This document shows, in pieces, positions 28,967 through 35,079 of a DNA stretch of 35,079 nt. The stretch comes from Candidatus Obscuribacteraceae bacterium (lineage in GTDB: Bacteria; Cyanobacteriota; Vampirovibrionia; Obscuribacterales; Obscuribacteraceae), in NCBI GenBank assembly GCA_044229845.1, contig JBGASG010000021.1, forward strand, positions 1 through 35,079. Direction: 5' to 3'. The notes beneath the pieces were generated by a model. The model had not been told where the DNA came from, did no database searches, and saw only the letters and a list, made by a program, of their open reading frames with translations. Positions within the stretch are counted from its first letter, which is position 1; each line of letters opens with the position of its first letter. The position numbers and the translations under genes were made by a program.

Positions 28967-31270
28967 CTATGAGTTTTCGTTTTTCTTTCCTCCGCCTCCT
29001 GCGTGAACGATGATGGTGTTTTGCTGTCCGCCGGCGAATCCCGGGAAGGCTTTGGTTGGCGATGATCGCGGCGCGGCTTGCGGTGGCTCGCTCTTATGCG
29101 ACGACGGCGGCGGTGCCACTGCGGGCGCTACCATGGACGGGGAATTGCCCTGTCCTGACGGCGGCACGACAGTATTGTTGACCAGCACGTTGGACTGAGT
29201 GAGATTGTTGCCGGCCGGCTGTGCCGCTGGTGGCGGGGCTGCCAGTTTGCCCAGGTTTCCGATCGCTTCGCCCGAGGGGGACGCACCGCTGTAAGCTGCC
29301 GATGCTTGTTCGAACATGGAGCCGGTGTTGGTCATTTGCTCGGACATCTGTTTCATCTGAGCATTGCCGCCGGCCATCTGCCCCATGCTCTGTCCCATTT
29401 GCTTGGCGCCTTGCGCACCTTGCTCGAGGACTTTGGCAGCTACTTCACCGGGTTTGAATTCAAACGGCTGGAATGGAACATACATGAGCAGTCCCATAAA
29501 GCAGGTAAACATCATCATTTCCCACTGCGTGTTCGGTGTGTACCAGCCCATTTCTTTGAGCCAGGCGATGCGCACGCACATGCAGGCGAGCACTACCATC
29601 CACCAGAATCTCCAGAGACCGAGAATGGTGATGGCATCCACCCACGTCGAGAAAACCCGGCGGAAAAGCCCTTGCTGACCATATCCTGAGGGCCAGGCAA
29701 ACAGTGATGCGGCGATCGGCCCCATGAGCAGCAGGTAGCACATCATCACCAGTTGGAACCCGGTGAGCACTACCAGTGCCTGTCCCATGAAGAAGTTCAT
29801 GACGTTATAGCCGAACTGCATCATGTTGGAGAGTTGTGTTTGTTTCTCAACTTCCGAGTCTTCTTCCGGCATTTCGTACTCTTTACCGTCCCAGTGAGGC
29901 TGCAAAGTCGGAATACCGTCGCCGCGAATTTCCATTTGTTCGGGGCGCTCGGACCACGGTCTATACGGATCCGGTTCCAGCACGTTCTGCGAGTTTTCGT
30001 GCGGAGCGTTGTAGGTCTGCTCGCGAGTGTACTTGAAGAGTTCTTCCGGGAACATCAACTCATTAGTGATGTAGCGCCGCACTTCATAGGTCATCGAGTT
30101 GCCGATGTCGATGATGTAACTGACATAAAGTTGTGTAGCCGGAATCAAAAACACGGCGATAATGGCGCGTAAAATTCCGGCGAAGGGGCTGACGGCATCT
30201 TCGTCTTTGGCTTCGCCCATCATGCCGAATTTGACCATGCCTTTCATTTGCGTCATGACGGCGCCCGGCAAAAGCAACAGAATGGCCATCGGAATGTACA
30301 CCTGCTTGTACATTTGCTGAACCATATATATGGCTTGCGGAATGGTTTTGTGAGCGGGATTGCCGGTTACCGGATCAGCTGCATCTTCGTTGGCGACGTT
30401 GATCAAAGATTCTTCGATCGTTCTCACCGATGTTTCGAAAGTCTGTTCGGAAGCCTGCGCAGCGGATTCCGTCAGCTGCTGGTGCTGGATATCTTTGGAA
30501 GCTTCCATCGTCCACATCCAGCGTTCCGGATCGAATGCCAGTTCTAAGAAACGCTGGTTGTCTTCTCTGTCGATGCCCTGAAATTGCGTATCGGAGATAG
30601 GTCCGACGCCGAACGTGGTCATCTCGTATTCCCACAATTCTTCGTCCCTGGCTTGCGCGATGTTACTTTTGTTGTCGTCGGACAGATAAGGTTGCAAGTA
30701 ACAGGGTATATCGTAACTAGTCGGAGTCCTAACTGTTACTGGATGAGGAAATTTAGGCGAGAGCGAACTTGAACTCATGATCACCGAAGGTGTCGGAGGC
30801 ATGAAAAAGCCTACGTTGCCGCAGGGTTTCATGAGCGGCCAATACTGAGGGCGGGTAGCCGCCTTCCTATCTCCATTCGTGGCTTTAGCCGCTTTTTGCA
30901 TAAGCGTGGGGCCCGGGTCAATTTGTATTTGACCTGGAATCATGGTCCCATCGTCGGCCTGCGTTGGTTGGCCCAAATAAATAGTTTGCTTCGGATGTTC
31001 ATTCATCGTCTCGCGCTTGGTCATCTCTTCGGCCAACTTCGCATACGGAAAGCGCAAGTGATAGCCTTCCTGGCGGTTGGTGTAGTTGTTATGGAAGAGG
31101 TTGCGCTGCTCGTTGCCGGCGATATCAATCGCCTGCACATCGGGACGCGGGCTTGGCGCTGGCGTTTGTGTCTGCGCTGATACCGGTGTCTGCGACATCG
31201 GCCACAGAAGCAAAGCCAACCCGGCGGCCGCCGCGAAGGACCTTAGTGTAGTAAATAGAGAGTTATTCAT
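28967..31270 (-). CDS. Second extended VirB6/TrbL-like membrane protein (paralogue of 25132..28932)
   Basis: Signal peptide ending VSA-Q, then 'VYIPMAILLLLPGAV...ILRAIIAVFLIP...IDIGNSMT...CYLLLMGPIAASLFAWP...STWVDAITILGLW'. Confidence 0.7.
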   Translation of the reverse strand: MNNSLFTTLRSFAAAAGLALLLWPMSQTPVSAQTQTPAPSPRPDVQAIDIAGNEQRNLFHNNYTNRQEGYHLRFPYAKLAEEMTKRETMNEHPKQTIYLGQPTQADDGTMIPGQIQIDPGPTLMQKAAKATNGDRKAATRPQYWPLMKPCGNVGFFMPPTPSVIMSSSSLSPKFPHPVTVRTPTSYDIPCYLQPYLSDDNKSNIAQARDEELWEYEMTTFGVGPISDTQFQGIDREDNQRFLELAFDPERWMWTMEASKDIQHQQLTESAAQASEQTFETSVRTIEESLINVANEDAADPVTGNPAHKTIPQAIYMVQQMYKQVYIPMAILLLLPGAVMTQMKGMVKFGMMGEAKDEDAVSPFAGILRAIIAVFLIPATQLYVSYIIDIGNSMTYEVRRYITNELMFPEELFKYTREQTYNAPHENSQNVLEPDPYRPWSERPEQMEIRGDGIPTLQPHWDGKEYEMPEEDSEVEKQTQLSNMMQFGYNVMNFFMGQALVVLTGFQLVMMCYLLLMGPIAASLFAWPSGYGQQGLFRRVFSTWVDAITILGLWRFWWMVVLACMCVRIAWLKEMGWYTPNTQWEMMMFTCFMGLLMYVPFQPFEFKPGEVAAKVLEQGAQGAKQMGQSMGQMAGGNAQMKQMSEQMTNTGSMFEQASAAYSGASPSGEAIGNLGKLAAPPPAAQPAGNNLTQSNVLVNNTVVPPSGQGNSPSMVAPAVAPPPSSHKSEPPQAAPRSSPTKAFPGFAGGQQNTIIVHAGGGGKKNENS

Positions 31271-31299
31271 ACCATCCCACCCGGTACTACTGACTGAAG

Positions 31300-33275
31300 C
31301 TAACGGTGCATCGTGATCGTGCGTCCCCCGTCGGAAAGTGACACTTTCAGTTTGTCGTTCCAGGGCCGGCCGAAAATTGTGATGGTGCCGGTAATTTCCT
31401 GATTTGGCTGTACGACGGTAGTATCAAATTCCGCTCTCACAGCCGCTTCCGCCAATCTGTGGTCGCCCTCGGCCACCGTCACCACGTCCGGGTCGAACTT
31501 GAATTGTTCATCGCCGTTGTTGCGTATAGCAACACGCAGTACCGATTTGCGAGGGGTGGTCTGAACCTCTTTCAATTGAAATGCAACGGAACCCGATGGT
31601 GCTGCCGCCGGTTTCTCAACCGGTTCTTCCACCACTTCAGCTTTGCCTTTGGGCGCATCGGCAGGACGCGCGGCTATCGCTTCTTGTGGGGCTTTGACGC
31701 CTTTGCCCTTCTTGTCTTTGTTCTTGTCGTCTTTGACTTTTTCGGGCTTGGCTTTGGCCACTTGTTGTTCTTCACCACCGGCGGTATCACCGTCCGCCGC
31801 CTGTTGTTTCTTGCCGCCCAAACCGATCATCCCGCCCATGTTGCCAAAGAACCCGCCTACCGAGCTCATGACTTTGGCTGTGCCGGATGCCTGTGGGGCT
31901 TCTTTCTGGGGCTCCGCTTGAGCTAGCGACTCAAGGCTGGGAGCCGTTCCCGATACGCGCTGAATAACAGAACGCGCGGCCGGGGCGCCGGATATTCCGG
32001 CCAGATCATTTTGCGCTGAGCGCAGGTCGTCTTTGGTCGAATCCGCTTCCTCTTGTGCTTTGGCTAAATCTGCCGCGGCTCTCTGTTTTTCCGAATTAGA
32101 TTCGGCAACCGATACTTCCTGCTTGCGGGCGGCCACAGTTTGCTGGGCCAGAGAGTATTTGTTGAAAGAGTAGAGGTAACGGAAGTAGGCGCTGGCGACT
32201 TCGCTTTGTATCTTCTTCACAGCCGGTACAATTGTTTGTCGGTGGCAGAGCCTTTGAACAGCATGTCGATCTGGCGCTGGCCGATGGCGGCACTACCTTT
32301 GGTGCTTTCCGAAGGCAGCCCGACGTCAACCTTGACCACGTCGGCAGCGATCTTTGCATCGCGGCAGGAAGGACCAGCGAGCCCGTTCACGGACAGAGCG
32401 GCTTTGAACAAAATCTTCAGGTCATCGCGTTGTTTGAATCCGGAGCGCGCTTCCATGCCGGTGGGAGTAATCACCTGAATGTCCGCTTTCTTCGGTTTGT
32501 CTTCCGAGGCGCCTTGTCCGGATCCGGCATCTTCCTGATTGCCGAACATGCTGCCCTGCTGGAACTTCGGCTGCTGCGGAGCAACCGGTTGCGCTCCCGG
32601 CGGGATGGCATAGGGATTGTAGGCGTACGGATTGTACTGGTAGTCAGCACCGGGTGGTGCCATGGCATACTGCGGCGGAGGGGCCGGTGCCATCGTCTGG
32701 GCCTGAGTAGACAGGGTGACGGCCGGCGGTGGAGGTATTAAGCCGGCCGACCCCCCGGAGCTTCCGTACCCGCCGTAGGACGCGACCTGCTGCGGTGGAG
32801 GGGATGCAGCTGGTTGCGATTGTCCAAACGGCCAGAACGGATCGGAGTTGTTCTGTGTACTGGTGGATTGATCCGGGCTGCCCGGCGTTCCGCTCGGGGA
32901 GCCGCTGGTGGCATTGGCTTCGGTCGTTCCCGGTATGGAGCCGGAAGTCGATGAAGTGATCAATCCTTGCGTATTCTGTCTCTTGTAGTCGCCGGAGATA
33001 GATCCGGTTTCGACTTTCGGCAGACCGCTCCAGCCGAAGAAACCATTGTTCGAACCTTGATCCGGCCTGAAGCAATGGCTTGCTCTTGCGCCGCTTGCTG
33101 GCGCTGCAGTTCTTCCTGGCGGATCTGTTCAACCATAGCCGGGTCAGCCTTCGGGCGCAGCGAGCCGATCACGCTCATCTGCGGTTTCCCATTGGAGTGT
33201 TGTGTTGCTGTTGTCCTCATTGCACGCAGTGAGGGCGACAATAGCGAACAACAGTGTGGCTGACCGTTTCAGCAA
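31300..33275 (-). CDS. Lipoprotein with Pro/Gln linker, TolC/OEP-like helical segment and C-terminal Ig-like domain; broken by at least 3 frameshifts
   Basis: TTG 33275 gives MLKRSATLLFAIVALTA-C (lipobox). It then appears to continue through abutting ORF fragments 32960..33241, 32217..32963 and 31300..32220. Confidence 0.6.
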
Positions 33276-33280
33276 GGAGG

Positions 33281-33961
33281 TTATTTCCTTTTCTGTTGAG
33301 CAGATAACCGTGAACGGCGGTTGATGTGCTGTTGCCGCCAGCCCGAGGCGCTGCCGGAAGGTCCGTAGTTGCCACCCATAACTGGCGGCAGACGGTACAT
33401 TGGCGACGCCGCTAGCCGATGGACGTCCCATGCCGTTCGGGCGTCCGGCACCGGCGCCGGCGACTGGCGTTGGTTTTGCCCAGGGCATGATTTTGCCGTG
33501 AATACCGGAAGAGAAACCACCGGGCAACGGTCCTTTAGGACCCATGCCGCGCGACGGAATATTGGTGCCCTGCGCGCCGAAGCCGCGAGCACAGGGAAGC
33601 GGAATCGGGTTGCCGGTCAGGCCGTCCGTGCGGTAAGGTCCGCCCGGCATGCTGCCTTGCATCGGCATGCCGCCTGACGGCATCGTGCCGCCGTCATCGC
33701 CGCCGTTGGCACCACCGCCGCCACCGCCGACTCGAACCCTTGCGGAGGCGGGGCAGTTGAACTTGTTGCGGTCCTTTGGGCGCTTCGCGGAAGTCTTTGA
33801 TAATCGGGCGATCATCACCGATCTGGAACTCGCGCGGCGCGTTATACCAGTGCACTTTTTCCGCCTTCACGTTGTTGTTCGTTTGCGCGTTGGCAGCTGA
33901 GGAGATGCACATAACACCGACCGTCAGGGATACTGCCACCAGGCCGATTTTGATTTTTCAT
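33281..33961 (-). CDS. Secreted Gly/Pro-rich hypothetical protein, frameshifted
   Basis: AAGGAG RBS then ATG 33961. Joined frames give MKNQN..VAVSLTVGVMCISSAANA-QT...HWYNAPREFQIGDDRPIIKDFREAP...GGGGG...TNIPSRGMGPKGPLPGG...TAVHGYLLNRKGK, with the stop at 33281. Confidence 0.6.
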
Positions 33962-33986
33962 AAAACGAACTCCTTGCCCCTGCTCT

Positions 33987-35040
33987 TTAGAAACCAATGA
34001 TGCCGCCGGTGCCTGTATTAAGGGCACGACGACCCATGCGGATACCTGAGCGACGACACGCTTTTGCCGGGCCCGTTTCAAGAAACGCTTGGTCCGGTTA
34101 TTTTTGAACCGTCCTGACGTGTAGTCATCATCCGGGAGTGAAAGATCTTGTGTCGTAGCTTGCGTCACGACCATCGAGTCGGTGCTTCCGGCGCGCCTGC
34201 TACATCCGCTTTGGGATCGAGCGCCGGCGCTTTGCCGAAGCCGCCGCCGCCACCACCGCCGCCGTGCCGCTAATCGGGCGTTCTTGCGGAGTTGCTGGCG
34301 GTCGAATCTACCAGTGGTGCTGACTGCGACCAGGTCGCCGCCGCCGGCTGGTCTGCCTGGCGAAGGAGCCGTTTTGCATTTGTAGTAACCGACACCGTTG
34401 CCGGAGGAGTTGCTACCGCCGCCGCCACCGCCGCCACCACCGTCACCAGCGCCCCAGCCGCTGTCTTCTTCACCACCGCCGCCACCACCGCCGCCGCCGC
34501 CACCTTTCGTCTTATAGGCGCCCTGAGCGACATGCTTGTAGTGCTGGTGCATGCTGGAAGATGGTTGGCACTGCCGCCACCACCGCCGCCACCACCGCCA
34601 CCGCCACCACTGGATGACGCTTTGGATATGGCACCCCAGGTGTCGCCTGGTTTGACGGGCAGATCTAGGCGTTCTGGCAGAGGCGGAAATCCGCCTGGCG
34701 GAACCGGCTCATCAGCTGCAATCGGTTCAAGCGGAAATATCTACTCGGCACGACCACCGAGCCGCCCATGGGCACGGCGCCGCCACCGCCACCGCCGCTC
34801 TGAGCCATCGGCATCGGGGCCGGATTTCTTCTTCACATAGACGCTGCCGCCACCGCCGGTGTCGATATAACCACCGCTGCCATGACGGGTCAGAATTGTT
34901 GCTGCTGTGTACTGATTATCACCAGGTTGCTTGATCCACTTGCCCATGTTCGTGGGCGGCAACTGGTTAAGTAGCCGGTTGCACAACAACACCGACTCCC
35001 AGAAATAAACTGTACCACTGGGCGCATGCTTGGCTTTCAC
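33987..35040 (-). CDS. Poly-Gly-rich hypothetical (probably secreted) protein, frameshifted
   Basis: GGAGG RBS then GTG 35040. Joined frames give NMGKWIKQPGDNQY...PPGGFPPLPERLDLP...MHQHYKH...YYKC...VVTQATTQDLSLPDDDY...RMGRRALNTGTGGIIGF, with the stop at 33987. Confidence 0.55.
34240..34800 (-). repeat. Several (CCG/CCA)n trinucleotide runs encoding poly-Gly on the minus strand
   Basis: Runs at about 34241-34263, 34415-34441, 34472-34505, 34573-34609 and 34778-34797. Confidence 0.8.
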
Positions 35041-35079
35041 TCTCAACCCTCCAGTAGGCTTCGCCGCTAAGCTGGGCGT

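Noticed and set aside
31300..35040. Pseudogenisation or programmed frameshifting of the distal operon genes
   Set aside because: Indels also hit the core gene nuoB, no consistent slippery motif is evident, and fragments keep intact signal peptides and RBSs. Sequencing error is more parsimonious.
20254..35079. Integrative conjugative element or plasmid
   Set aside because: No integrase, relaxase, coupling protein, att repeats or obvious composition shift seen, and the region is contiguous with rib genes. Cannot be fully excluded beyond the right edge.
1..35079. tRNA, rRNA or IS elements
   Set aside because: None recognised by eye in the intergenic regions; a covariance-model scan was not possible.

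Overview
A 35 kb, GC-rich bacterial chromosome segment. The short 4-domain S1 protein and the ndhCKJ-HAIGE-type complex I suggest the Cyanobacteria/Melainabacteria (Vampirovibrionia) radiation, though this is inference only. The left half is mostly housekeeping: the start of a DUF4350/DUF4129 (MoxR-associated) membrane operon, a NUDIX hydrolase, a GAF + HD-GYP protein, rpsA, a secreted coiled-coil protein, rnc, an 8-gene complex I operon (nuoABCDHIJK with no E/F/G or L/M/N, several subunits carrying odd extensions), a GT20 trehalose-6-phosphate synthase-like gene, and ribBA/ribE. The right 15 kb is one minus-strand gene run that looks like a divergent, chromosome-resident type IV secretion-like apparatus. 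It encodes two Gly-rich secreted proteins, a lipoprotein with a TolC-like helical repeat, two paralogous extended VirB6-like membrane proteins (one with a very large Gly/Gln-rich tail), a VirB4/TraC ATPase and two bitopic VirB8/NTF2-like proteins, and it runs directly into the riboflavin genes. No relaxase, coupling protein, VirB10, VirB11 or integrase is visible in the window. The sequence has clear quality problems: indels in nuoB, many frameshifts after about 23.7 kb, and an interleaved mosaic duplication at about 23.7-25.0 kb. Fragmented ORFs there are more likely consensus errors than pseudogenes.
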